Part shown: piece by piece, positions 20,381-29,458 of the stretch
Position numbering within the stretch: the stretch's first letter is position 1
Layout: every line of letters begins with the position of its first letter
NCBI GenBank assembly: GCA_965140445.1
Contig: OZ223236.1
Location: 4,864,001-4,928,000, forward strand
Source of the DNA: Candidatus Ozemobacteraceae bacterium
Lineage (GTDB): Bacteria; Muiribacteriota; Ozemobacteria; Ozemobacterales; Ozemobacteraceae
Direction of reading: 5' to 3'
DNA: 64,000 nt
Notes under the pieces: model-generated
What the model was told of the DNA's origin: nothing
Databases searched by the model: none
Seen by the model: the letters and a program-made list of their open reading frames with translations, nothing else
Program-made: the position numbers and the translations under genes

Positions 20381-22753
20381 ATGAAAAGGTTTAAGTCGGC
20401 GAGAATAACATTCATTGTTCTGTTTGCGTTCTTCTGGAGCAACATGCTCTCTGCCGCAGGAACTTTTATTGCTACTAATGAGGGGATTCGTTACGTAGTC
20501 AAAGATGCCACCGGAAATACACAACAGGTAATTACACCAACTTTTGACCCCAAAACGGGCAAATATATAGTTAAAGATAATAAAAACAGGGTTGTAGCTG
20601 CTCAGGTTTTGACGCCTGAAGCGAGCATGGAGCAATTTAAAATCATCACTCCTGCACAAGGCAACTCTCACTCAGTAACTACAAAAGACTTTATGGGAAC
20701 AGAAGTTCCTGTTTTAAAGTCTCTATCAACAACAGACCCAAGATATATCCAATTAAAACAGTATATCGAAGGTAATGCTGGACTAAGACAAACTGTAGCA
20801 ATGCAGGTCGAAGCCAGAAATTATAAGATTCAACAGGTTAAACAGGATTTAACTGCTGGAACCAAAGATCCAGCTTTTGCAACTTGGTTAACAAACGACT
20901 TAAAAAAGCCTGTATATCTTGAAATTGGTGACACTGGTTCTATTTATCATGATCCTAGAGGATTTGTTCTTGCAGATCAGTCAGCTAACGGACAAATATC
21001 TTACAGAGATAACTCACATGCCAACCGTCTGGTAATTCCATCAAATAGTGAAGTTTTCCAGGGCGGCATGGATGATCCATCTGCAGCTTCTGTAATGTCA
21101 CATGAAGTTGGCCATATGATTATGGACCAGCTTTATGAAACTCCAAACTATCCAAAAACAAATTATTACGGAGCTCACTCAAAAAATACAATAACCGACG
21201 AAGGCTTCGCATTATCAGAAGGATGGGCGGAAGCTCTTGAGTCTCTCTCCACTAGAGATCAGCACAATACTGCGGATTCGTGGAGAATAAAAACTCAAAA
21301 AAATATAGCAGACAACAAATACATCTTTAAAAATCAGGGCGTAGTAACTGGCCCTAACGATGGAATTTTGAAAACAGGCATGGAAATGATGTCTACAGAA
21401 GGTGCTAACGCATCTCTATTCTATGATGTTTTAAATAACGGCAGAATTCAGCAGCCTTATTCAAAAGTTATAAGAGTTTTTGAGCAATCTAAGCCACAAA
21501 CATATCGCGAGTTTGTCGATGCTTTTATAAAAACATATCCTGAAGATAAAAGTCAGATGATTAAGCAGTTCCTTGGCAATACCAAGTATGCAACAATTGA
21601 TCCAGCTGCCACAACAAAATATAAAGCTCTCCATGATGCTGAACAAGCATATTTGAATGCCACTGATGCCGCCACGAAGAATCAGCTAAAAGCACAATTT
21701 GAGTCACAAAAGAAGGCATATGACCAATGGACGGAGCAGCTTTACAAAAAAGCTGTGGTTGAAGGAAAGGTTGATTCGGCACTTGATCCAAACCGTAGCT
21801 ACTCTGATGAAGCACTTGCATCGGAATTTCGTTCTGTTAAACTAAGTGAAACTTTGCTGAAAACACAAAAAGCGCTAGGAACGGGCTTAAAAAATGCTGC
21901 CAATTCTATAAAACAATCGTTTAGCGTTAAAAATCTCGCAATGACTGCGGGAACCTCTATTGCAATTAATCTTGCCAGCCAGATAATGAACGGCGAAAAA
22001 CCAAGCATTAAAAGTGCTGTTAAATCAGTTGCATCGCTCCAATTCGTTGGAAATGTAGTTGGATCAACACTTGGTGCTGCCGCTGGCCAGGTTTTCACCC
22101 CTCTGATACAAACATTTGTTCCAATTCCAATTGTCGGAACTATTGCCGGAGCTCTGATTCCAACTCTAACTGCTCTTGCTGGCGGTTCTCTTGGTGGAAA
22201 CCTTGGCGCTGGAATGAGCTTTAAAGCTGCATTGAAAGCCTTAGACCCTGTTGCAATAGCAGGACAAGCTGCAGGATCGACTATTGGTGCCATGCTGGGT
22301 TCAATGATTCCAATCCCGATAGTAGGCACAATGATAGGAAGCATTGTCGGCGGTATTCTTGGTGAAAAACTCTTTAAAGGAGTTGCAAAGCTTTTCGGAT
22401 ATGGCAAAACTAAGAAGACAGCTCAAGCACAGGCATCTCCAGAGCCAACATACTTATCTGTTATTCAAACCGCAGACAGCCTTCCAGCTGCATCCAAGGT
22501 TAAAGTTTCAACGCCTACAGCCAGAGAATCAGTCGATCCATACGGAATTAAGCTTCCATCATCCATCGACAAAATTCCTTACAACAAAATGCATCCAAAT
22601 CTCAAAAAAGTGAAAGACATATATGAAAACGCTTATAAAGCTTATGTTAGCGCAGTAATGTCTGGAAATCAGACCAAAGCAAAGCAGAAGCTGGCAGAAT
22701 TTCAAAAACAAAAAGCTCGTTATCAAAGAGCTCTTGGAGCATATACAAAATAG
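20381..22753 (+). CDS. Secreted protein with a zincin HExxH domain and a glycine-zipper hydrophobic region
   Basis: Signal peptide; SHEVGH...LSEGWAE; long Gly/Ala-rich hydrophobic segment with duplicated PIPIVGT(I/M)(A/I)G; GGAGG RBS. Confidence 0.75.
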   Translation: MKRFKSARITFIVLFAFFWSNMLSAAGTFIATNEGIRYVVKDATGNTQQVITPTFDPKTGKYIVKDNKNRVVAAQVLTPEASMEQFKIITPAQGNSHSVTTKDFMGTEVPVLKSLSTTDPRYIQLKQYIEGNAGLRQTVAMQVEARNYKIQQVKQDLTAGTKDPAFATWLTNDLKKPVYLEIGDTGSIYHDPRGFVLADQSANGQISYRDNSHANRLVIPSNSEVFQGGMDDPSAASVMSHEVGHMIMDQLYETPNYPKTNYYGAHSKNTITDEGFALSEGWAEALESLSTRDQHNTADSWRIKTQKNIADNKYIFKNQGVVTGPNDGILKTGMEMMSTEGANASLFYDVLNNGRIQQPYSKVIRVFEQSKPQTYREFVDAFIKTYPEDKSQMIKQFLGNTKYATIDPAATTKYKALHDAEQAYLNATDAATKNQLKAQFESQKKAYDQWTEQLYKKAVVEGKVDSALDPNRSYSDEALASEFRSVKLSETLLKTQKALGTGLKNAANSIKQSFSVKNLAMTAGTSIAINLASQIMNGEKPSIKSAVKSVASLQFVGNVVGSTLGAAAGQVFTPLIQTFVPIPIVGTIAGALIPTLTALAGGSLGGNLGAGMSFKAALKALDPVAIAGQAAGSTIGAMLGSMIPIPIVGTMIGSIVGGILGEKLFKGVAKLFGYGKTKKTAQAQASPEPTYLSVIQTADSLPAASKVKVSTPTARESVDPYGIKLPSSIDKIPYNKMHPNLKKVKDIYENAYKAYVSAVMSGNQTKAKQKLAEFQKQKARYQRALGAYTK

Positions 22754-22764
22754 CCTTTTGAAAT

Positions 22765-22804
22765 AAAAAAAGCGGTGTTCGATTTTTCGAACACCGCTTT
22801 TTTT
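22765..22804. terminator. Bidirectional intrinsic terminator
   Basis: A7-GCGGTGTTCGA-TTTT-TCGAACACCGC-T7 between convergent genes. Confidence 0.88.
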
Positions 22805-25523
22805 ATTTCAAAACTGCTAGCTTTCCAGCTTTCTTTAACTCCCGGCCACCTGAATAGACGCGAGCTTTATAAAAGTAAACACCATTGCTAACCGATTTTC
22901 CCGATGCATTTTTGCAATCCCAGCGGGCAGAAAGATCTCCTGTGGCATCAATATTCATAGGTAAAGCTCTTACTTTTTTTCCAGAAACATCATAAATTTT
23001 GATCACACCAGAATTTCGTGGGTCTCTGGCAGAAGCCCCCTCAAGCCTAAGTCTGAAAAACACTTTATTTTGGCATGGATTTGGAAAAACAGTAGCTTCA
23101 AAGATTTTTGCTTCTCCGACCAATGATTGAGCAAACATTTTGCTGGAGGTATTTCCAGCCATATCAGATATTTGCACCTCAAAATCCTCTCGATAATAGT
23201 CTTTGTCAGGTAGACTAACTTCTATTTCACCAGCAGACGATCTGACAATAGTAGATTCAATAAAGCTTCCCCGGCATTTGATCTTTACAGATTCTGGATC
23301 AATTCCAGAAGCATTATCGGAACAATTCAGAATCATTCCCGGCTTTTCTGAATCAATAAATTGGGTCGAAACAATATTTGGTGGCATCTGATCAGCCACA
23401 AGACAGTAGCTTCCACTCGTTTTTACTGTTGCCAAAAACTGTCCATTTTCATTTTTTGCCTCAATCCACTCTCCCCCACCATCAAAGTGATTTAGCCACA
23501 TACCTGGCTTCCCGGGGAAACTTCCATTCTCTGCTTCAATAACCAACTTGCTATCTGAACTAAACCCAGCGGGGAAAATTATGTCAAATGTTCTTGAGAG
23601 AGCCATGCACCCACCAGGAACTTCACTGACTGGAGAATCAGACATAAAAACACAGCTTTGCGCCACGCTCAAATTTCTTGATTGGACTTCAAGATTAGCT
23701 TCCCTACAACTGGACATAACGGTCTTTCCACCCCTGACAATGGCAGCAGAAAAACTAAATGAGCATGAGTCTTCCCCAGAAAAAACCAGAGCCTGCCCCT
23801 TCCCAGTGCCTGGGATTCGATAGTGAGCAATAAAAAGATTTCGATCAGCATTTGCCGGTTCAAACCTTGGGCTATCCATAAGATTATTAAATGAAATCTT
23901 TAAGCTCGGAGTAGCCAATAAAGATGAATTAAAGGACCGTAGAACGATTATAAACTGTTCCGGCAACGTTGGATTAGGCATGGGGTATAAAACCAGCCCC
24001 TTTGTGTCTGCAGTAAAAGAATATCCTATGGTATTTGAATCAAGCTCGTCCTTGTTAAAAGCAACTGGAAGAATCGCAACTTTTTTTATCGTATCCAGAT
24101 CTGCTAACAATTCCGACTTACCATTAGAATCCAGAACTATTTGTGAAAGACTGTAAGTTCCATCTTTTTTTAATTTTAAAACCTGCGGAGAGAGCTTTGT
24201 TTCTCCTGAGAAATTCAATTTTAAAGTGCCGGTTCCTGAAATTTCTTCCAGATTCATGGCGTTCGCAATTACATTTCCCTCTGAACCTAAAAATGAAGAT
24301 TCATTTTTAGAATATCTATGAGAAACTGGCTTCAATGGCAGCAAATCTGAATATGGCCCAAAGTGACTTTTAATATTTCCAAGGCTCCATTTACCATTAT
24401 TGGCATTCGGCTCGTTCAAATAACAAGCTAAACACCAGTTCATAAAGGCTTGCTTGAAACTTTCGTTTTGAGTTTTTAGAGCCTGATCAATACCATCTGC
24501 CCCGTAAAAAGCGGAGTTTACCAAAGCTCTTGTAAAAATCTGCTTCTGAGCAATTGTTTCTCCGCCATACTTTTCTATTAAATACCATACAAATAGAAAA
24601 GATGCTCCATATTGGCGGTACAACGAGTCTTCCGAGAACCAACTTTCCTTACTGCTGGCAAGCAAGTTAACTTGTGGTCGTTCAAGAAATCTTTGTAAAT
24701 GAGGAACTGGCGGGAATTTTTCCTTCGAGTCTCCCACTTCTCCTGAGTATAGATACTCAGACAGCATTGAAAGTCCCTCATCTAACCACCTGTCCTCAGA
24801 GTGAAATTTAGCGGCATTTCTTATTGAAAAGCTGACCATATGCTGAAATTCATGAGCCAACGTCCGATAAAAGGAATTATTTTTGTCTCCTGGCTCACCA
24901 GGCTTACCTGGCTTCATATCCATAAAAAATACGGGTTTCTGGTTTCCTAAAAGCCCTTCCAGATCTCTATGATCAAAATATCCTGCCACATAGCCTTCAT
25001 TGAAATTATCAAAAATATCCACCAGGAAAATGTAAATCTTGTCATCTGGCAACTCAAACTTTGCTGGTATAGCCGGCTTTCCAAACCAGTTTGTAACAGT
25101 GGGATAAACCTTTGAATCAAAGTTCTCAGCAATTTTGCTAAAAATTGCTGAGCTTTCTTTCCCGTTGAAATTTAAGAATTCATTTTCAACGAAAATATGA
25201 CAATGCTCACCAGAAACAACTAATGTCCCAGATCTATGCTCATATATTCCCGCCGAAAAATTGAATACCTGAAAGCTCTTCTCTGTTTCGTATGGCTTTA
25301 AATTTCGTAGGAATGCCCTATTAGCCCTAATTGAAGCTCGAAATTGGGAATCAGTTAAATACTTTTTCTGTAAAACTTTATCTAAGGTCTCTTTTTGTTC
25401 TAATAGATAATGGGTTCCATCAACAACACGCTTTTCCGCATTAACCTCTGTAAGGCTAAATGAGAAAAGAAAAAGTGCAGCACAAAAAATTATATAAAGC
25501 TTTTTTCGGACACATGAATTCAT
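22803..25523 (-). CDS. Secreted zinc metallopeptidase (M30-like, HEFQH) with T9SS-A/FlgD-like C-terminal domain; paralog of 17108-20161
   Basis: TLAHEFQHM...WLDEG; C-terminus VFPNP...IYDVSGKKVR...WDCKNASGKSVSNGVYFY...KLAVLK; signal peptide. Confidence 0.82.
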   Translation of the reverse strand: MNSCVRKKLYIIFCAALFLFSFSLTEVNAEKRVVDGTHYLLEQKETLDKVLQKKYLTDSQFRASIRANRAFLRNLKPYETEKSFQVFNFSAGIYEHRSGTLVVSGEHCHIFVENEFLNFNGKESSAIFSKIAENFDSKVYPTVTNWFGKPAIPAKFELPDDKIYIFLVDIFDNFNEGYVAGYFDHRDLEGLLGNQKPVFFMDMKPGKPGEPGDKNNSFYRTLAHEFQHMVSFSIRNAAKFHSEDRWLDEGLSMLSEYLYSGEVGDSKEKFPPVPHLQRFLERPQVNLLASSKESWFSEDSLYRQYGASFLFVWYLIEKYGGETIAQKQIFTRALVNSAFYGADGIDQALKTQNESFKQAFMNWCLACYLNEPNANNGKWSLGNIKSHFGPYSDLLPLKPVSHRYSKNESSFLGSEGNVIANAMNLEEISGTGTLKLNFSGETKLSPQVLKLKKDGTYSLSQIVLDSNGKSELLADLDTIKKVAILPVAFNKDELDSNTIGYSFTADTKGLVLYPMPNPTLPEQFIIVLRSFNSSLLATPSLKISFNNLMDSPRFEPANADRNLFIAHYRIPGTGKGQALVFSGEDSCSFSFSAAIVRGGKTVMSSCREANLEVQSRNLSVAQSCVFMSDSPVSEVPGGCMALSRTFDIIFPAGFSSDSKLVIEAENGSFPGKPGMWLNHFDGGGEWIEAKNENGQFLATVKTSGSYCLVADQMPPNIVSTQFIDSEKPGMILNCSDNASGIDPESVKIKCRGSFIESTIVRSSAGEIEVSLPDKDYYREDFEVQISDMAGNTSSKMFAQSLVGEAKIFEATVFPNPCQNKVFFRLRLEGASARDPRNSGVIKIYDVSGKKVRALPMNIDATGDLSARWDCKNASGKSVSNGVYFYKARVYSGGRELKKAGKLAVLK

Positions 25524-25531
25524 ATCTCATA

Positions 25532-26974
25532 TCATTCGACAGAAAGTAACAAAAATGTAATGTCATCCTTTAAAAAGGTTTTATCCTTGAGTATTAATTC
25601 TCTCAATTCTGTCGCAATGGCCTTATGTCCTTTATCCAGACGTTCTTTAATAAAGGATTTCAGATATTCAAATCCATCTTCTGCACCATGCTGAAATTCA
25701 AAGAAATCGATAAGACCATCGGTATAAAAAATCACCAGGTCCCCTGAATTGAGCTGTACAGACTTACACTCATATTCACTTTCTACAAAAATCCCTAATA
25801 AAGTTCCCGTAGATTCGAGTTCATCAATTTCTCCCGTTTCTTTTCTGAAAATAAGAGGAAAATCGTGACCAGCGCTGGAATAGTTAATTGTTTTTTTCTG
25901 TGGATCGTAGCTGGCAAGCAAGGCGGTTGAGTTGAATCTGGAACCAGCCCCAAGAATTTCCTTCAAACCTAAATTAACCTCTTTCATCAATTCTTTAGAG
26001 CAATCTAACTTATGAAGCTTTTCACGAAATAAACTAACAACAACCGCCATTACCATTGCAGCTGGGATTCCTTTTCCACAAACATCTCCAATTAAAATCC
26101 CCAGCCTGGGATCATTCTCAAATTGGAAAAACCGCAAAAAATCCCCACCGATAAACCGAGCCGATTGAACAAAACTTTCTACATTCAAAGCGTTTATTGG
26201 TGACAAATCTCTGCGCATAACTCCTTCCTGAATTGCCTTAGCCAGGTCCAGCTCTTTCTGAAATTGCTGCTGCTTTTTTACCAGCGCTTCTGCCCTGAAA
26301 GACAATTCATTATGCAATCTATGGTTGTGAAGACAAATTGCCACCTGGTCAGTGAGAATATTCAACCGATACTGGTCCTTTTCATTCATGCAATTCTCAG
26401 AATTGTCTCGCCCAACAAGTATGCAGCCGTAATAAACGTCTTCTCTTTCAATTGCAGAACCCGCTAAAGCACCATGAAATCCATAACGCTTAAATGCCAG
26501 ATTCAAAAGATTAACAGTCAGTGAAACACCATCAGACTTGTCATCTCCTGACACTTCATCGAAACTTATACTTGAGAACTTATCAATAGAGATGCCCTCG
26601 CTAGCAGCGGCCTCAAAGGAGTCCTTATCAAAATCCATTAGAAACAAAACCGCCCAGTCAAACTCGCCAAGCTTCAGAACATTTTTTAAAACCAGCTCAA
26701 AAGGTTTTTCACTTCTCAAGAGCTTTAAATCATCAAGCTTCTGAGAAAGCTCGTAAAAAGTCATTAATGATTTAATTCGCGATTTATTCTTTAAATAACT
26801 TTTAAAACTAAAAAAGAATGCAAAAACTTGATACAACAAAGCAATTTCGCCAGCAATTGAATGATACGGATAAAAAATCAGACCATAGATAGAAAGTCCC
26901 CAGCACAAAAAAAAGGCTGCGGTTCCAAATGATACCTGATCTATATAAGAGAATCTGAATTCCTGCTCAGCCAA
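25532..26974 (-). CDS. Membrane GAF + SpoIIE/PP2C (RsbU-like) protein phosphatase
   Basis: Two N-terminal TMs and a GAF-like domain; IGGDF, IGDVCGKGIPAA, SAGH, YTDG and DDIT motifs. Confidence 0.9.
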   Translation of the reverse strand: MAEQEFRFSYIDQVSFGTAAFFLCWGLSIYGLIFYPYHSIAGEIALLYQVFAFFFSFKSYLKNKSRIKSLMTFYELSQKLDDLKLLRSEKPFELVLKNVLKLGEFDWAVLFLMDFDKDSFEAAASEGISIDKFSSISFDEVSGDDKSDGVSLTVNLLNLAFKRYGFHGALAGSAIEREDVYYGCILVGRDNSENCMNEKDQYRLNILTDQVAICLHNHRLHNELSFRAEALVKKQQQFQKELDLAKAIQEGVMRRDLSPINALNVESFVQSARFIGGDFLRFFQFENDPRLGILIGDVCGKGIPAAMVMAVVVSLFREKLHKLDCSKELMKEVNLGLKEILGAGSRFNSTALLASYDPQKKTINYSSAGHDFPLIFRKETGEIDELESTGTLLGIFVESEYECKSVQLNSGDLVIFYTDGLIDFFEFQHGAEDGFEYLKSFIKERLDKGHKAIATELRELILKDKTFLKDDITFLLLSVE

Positions 26975-26985
26975 AACTACCCGGC

Positions 26986-27600
26986 CTATAGTTTAAAATC
27001 GTTCTCGCCCCACTCAGTTAAATGAACATACAATTTCTTTGGACTTTTCGCGTCCAGAAAGAATCTAGGATCTTTTTCCAGATAATTTTTTAATCTTTGT
27101 CTGATTTTAAAAAGCAAGTCTTTAGTGAAAATGTTTTTAAGCTCAAAGCTGGCAGTCAAAGGCGCAGAGAACCTTCTCCAGATTTCGGAAAGGCTCATAG
27201 GACGTCCCTTCTTTTTCAATGTTCTGTACATCCTGTCTACCATTGAGTCAAATAGTTCCGCACCATTGTATGCAAAGAAAAATGCCACAGGGGGCAGATA
27301 ACCAAATTGAGAAACTATATTCTTTGCTTTTCTTACAAGCTTTTCGCCTTCGCCCTGGAAGGTTACAACCTCTGAGCGCAAAATTCTCATAAGCATCAAA
27401 TCAATATCTTTTCGGGTAAGAGTATCAATAAGACCTTTATCTGAGGGAAAAAACTTCTGCAAAATAGGTCTTACAGTTTCCATCGGTTCGCCGCTAAGAA
27501 ACTGAATATTACGACCATAAGTCTCGGGATTTTTTCGCTTCATATCCCCGAGAATCTTTTCAAATTGCAGAATAAATTCGAATTTTGTGTCAAACGGCAT
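26986..27600 (-). CDS. Hypothetical protein with a possible C-terminal winged helix (HARE-HTH-like)
   Basis: LKKKGRPMSLSEIWRR...LEKDPRFF...YVHLTEW resembles winged-helix domains; first gene of a tightly spaced minus-strand run. Confidence 0.6.
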   Translation of the reverse strand: MPFDTKFEFILQFEKILGDMKRKNPETYGRNIQFLSGEPMETVRPILQKFFPSDKGLIDTLTRKDIDLMLMRILRSEVVTFQGEGEKLVRKAKNIVSQFGYLPPVAFFFAYNGAELFDSMVDRMYRTLKKKGRPMSLSEIWRRFSAPLTASFELKNIFTKDLLFKIRQRLKNYLEKDPRFFLDAKSPKKLYVHLTEWGENDFKL

Positions 27601-27689
27601 GCAAGAAATTCCATGTTCAAGATAAATAAATTATTATTTATCTTATCCACAGCAGAAGAAAAAATCAAGGAATTTCTTGCTTCCGATGC

Positions 27690-27833
27690 TTAGTCTAACG
27701 AATCCTCGCTAATTTGAAGAGAGGGAAGTGACGTTTCGCCAGAGAACTGAAGGAATGATTTTCGAATGAAAACCAGAAACCCTAGCAATGAAACTGAATA
27801 AAAGCTTAAAAGACCCCATACGAATGTTTTCAT
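27690..27833 (-). CDS. Unannotated 47-aa single-TM small protein MKTFVWGLLSFYSVSLLGFLVFIRKSFLQFSGETSLPSLQISEDSLD
   Basis: ATG with strong RBS GAGGGAG, hydrophobic N-terminal helix, and an upstream sigma28-like promoter; below the ORF-track length cutoff. Confidence 0.65.
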   Translation of the reverse strand: MKTFVWGLLSFYSVSLLGFLVFIRKSFLQFSGETSLPSLQISEDSLD

Positions 27834-27861
27834 ATTTCTCCCTCGTTTAGGTGATATCGAC

Positions 27862-27888
27862 GTATCGGCAACAATCTACTAATCTTGA
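27862..27888 (-). promoter_or_regulatory. Putative sigma28-type promoter for the small ORF
   Basis: TCAA-N15-GCCGATAC on the minus strand. Confidence 0.55.
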
Positions 27889-27944
27889 ACGATAAATTTT
27901 CTATGCCAGAGCTAAAACTTTGCCGATATTACTGGCAAGAGAAA

Positions 27945-28598
27945 ATGAGCAAACAATATCCAAAACTAAATCTTACCTTTTTGCTGGTAATGGCTTTTCT
28001 TTTGTCTGGATTTACAGTCCTTGCATCGGATTGCCCTTATTGCAAAGCCACAGATATTTCATCGCTTTCGATGGCATGCCCTGAATGTGGCAAAGATCTT
28101 CACGATCCCAAAACCAGCTTTACCAAAAGAAAGTATTCTGAACTTACAGTTCAAATGTTTTTCACAGGAGACAATCCAGATAAATTGCCAGAATACGGAA
28201 AACTATTTCTAAATGGAAAATATTCAGGCAACATACCGATTGCAGAAAAAGAAGCCAGATCAAAAGACTTTGACCATAAGTGGGAAGACGGTCTTGGAAC
28301 AGACTATACAGCAATGTATGAAAAAACTTTAAAAAATGTTCCCACTGGAATTCTTAAGGTCGAAGTTGAAATGCGATTTAAAAGGCTTTATGGCTTTGGA
28401 AGAAGTTATAAAAGAGTTGTTTTTCCATATGTTTCTTTTAAAGATAATCAACGCACGACCATAACCCACACATTTGATTCTGCCGCTGGTTTTAACAAAT
28501 TTAAGCCCGTGAAAAAGAAACCCATTCCTATTGTTTCAGAAGCTAAGTTACAGGGTGCCAGTGGAACTGTAGCATTAAATGTTCCACTCTTTGACTAG
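27945..28598 (+). CDS. Exported hypothetical protein with an N-terminal zinc ribbon
   Basis: Signal-like helix, then CPYC...CPECG; a GCCGATAT element at 27922-27929 favours the ATG at 27945. Confidence 0.7.
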   Translation: MSKQYPKLNLTFLLVMAFLLSGFTVLASDCPYCKATDISSLSMACPECGKDLHDPKTSFTKRKYSELTVQMFFTGDNPDKLPEYGKLFLNGKYSGNIPIAEKEARSKDFDHKWEDGLGTDYTAMYEKTLKNVPTGILKVEVEMRFKRLYGFGRSYKRVVFPYVSFKDNQRTTITHTFDSAAGFNKFKPVKKKPIPIVSEAKLQGASGTVALNVPLFD

Positions 28599-28617
28599 AA
28601 CATATCCTTTATAGGTA

Positions 28618-28645
28618 TAAAGTTTTGGAAGCCCATTACCGATAA
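28618..28645 (+). promoter_or_regulatory. Putative sigma28-type promoter
   Basis: TAAA-N16-ACCGATAA, 43 nt upstream of the start at 28689. Confidence 0.5.
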
Positions 28646-28688
28646 CATACCCATAGAAAAAAAGTTAAATTGCGAGGCAAGCAAAAAA

Positions 28689-29339
28689 ATGGAACAGACA
28701 AATTCCCGATGGATTTACCTATTTGTCCTAATGAGTCTTATAAGCATGTTCTTTTTCCCAGAAAAGAGCTTTGCAGAAACCAACTGGCTTAAGTATCACC
28801 GCAAGGACACCCTGCTTAACAAATACATGAGGTCTTACGCTGTTTTTGGTGACAATCTTTGGGTTGGAACCTATGGTGACGGGCTGGTAATCTATACAGG
28901 AAAGTCAACCAAGAATTTTAATAATAAGAACACCAGAACCAATCCTGCGAGAGATACGGGGCTTGTTTCTGACTATATCACTTGTGTATGTATTGATGAA
29001 AAAGCTGGAATTGTATGGTTAGGCACTAACGCTGGCCTTGCAAGTTGCGATATTGAATGCAAAAACTGGAAACGCTACGACACCAAAGCCGGACTGCCAA
29101 ATGATGTAATTAGAGACCTTGCCATTGATCACGAAGGCAACCTCTGGGTTGGAACCCCATCAGGTCTAGGTAAGTTTGATGGAGAAAAATGGGAAACCCA
29201 TTCAACAAAGAATGGATTAACTCAAAATAGCGTTCATTCAATAAAAATCAAGGACAACTCCGTTTGGGTTGGCACCGTAGGTGGAACAGTCTCCCGCTAT
29301 AAAGACGGAGTCTGGAAGAATTTTATTCGCTACCAATGA
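28689..29339 (+). CDS. Secreted two-component-regulator-propeller (Reg_prop) repeat protein
   Basis: Repeats LWVGTYGDGL, GLPNDVIRDLAIDHEGNLWVGT and GLTQNSVHSI; signal peptide. Confidence 0.85.
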   Translation: MEQTNSRWIYLFVLMSLISMFFFPEKSFAETNWLKYHRKDTLLNKYMRSYAVFGDNLWVGTYGDGLVIYTGKSTKNFNNKNTRTNPARDTGLVSDYITCVCIDEKAGIVWLGTNAGLASCDIECKNWKRYDTKAGLPNDVIRDLAIDHEGNLWVGTPSGLGKFDGEKWETHSTKNGLTQNSVHSIKIKDNSVWVGTVGGTVSRYKDGVWKNFIRYQ

Positions 29340-29356
29340 TTTAAGGATAGTAAATA

Positions 29357-29391
29357 GAAAAACCGGTTGGCCCATTGCCAGCCGGTTTTTC
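29357..29391 (+). terminator. Intrinsic terminator
   Basis: AAAAACCGGTTGGC-loop-GCCAGCCGGTTTTT. Confidence 0.75.
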
Positions 29392-29458
29392 ATTTGCAAA
29401 GAATGATTATTTGCAATATAATCGGCCCTGAAAAACAGCAAATTCAAGAGGTTTAACC

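Noticed and set aside
21799..22407. 202-aa minus-strand Pro/Ala-rich ORF
   Set aside because: Antisense shadow of the Gly/Ala-rich region of 20381-22753.
27643..27651. DnaA box as a sign of oriC
   Set aside because: A single box, with no cluster and no dnaA, dnaN or gidA nearby.
27680..27870. Possible 6S RNA-like long imperfect hairpin
   Set aside because: Pairing is weak and discontinuous; a promoter, RBS and 47-aa ORF on the minus strand explain the region better.
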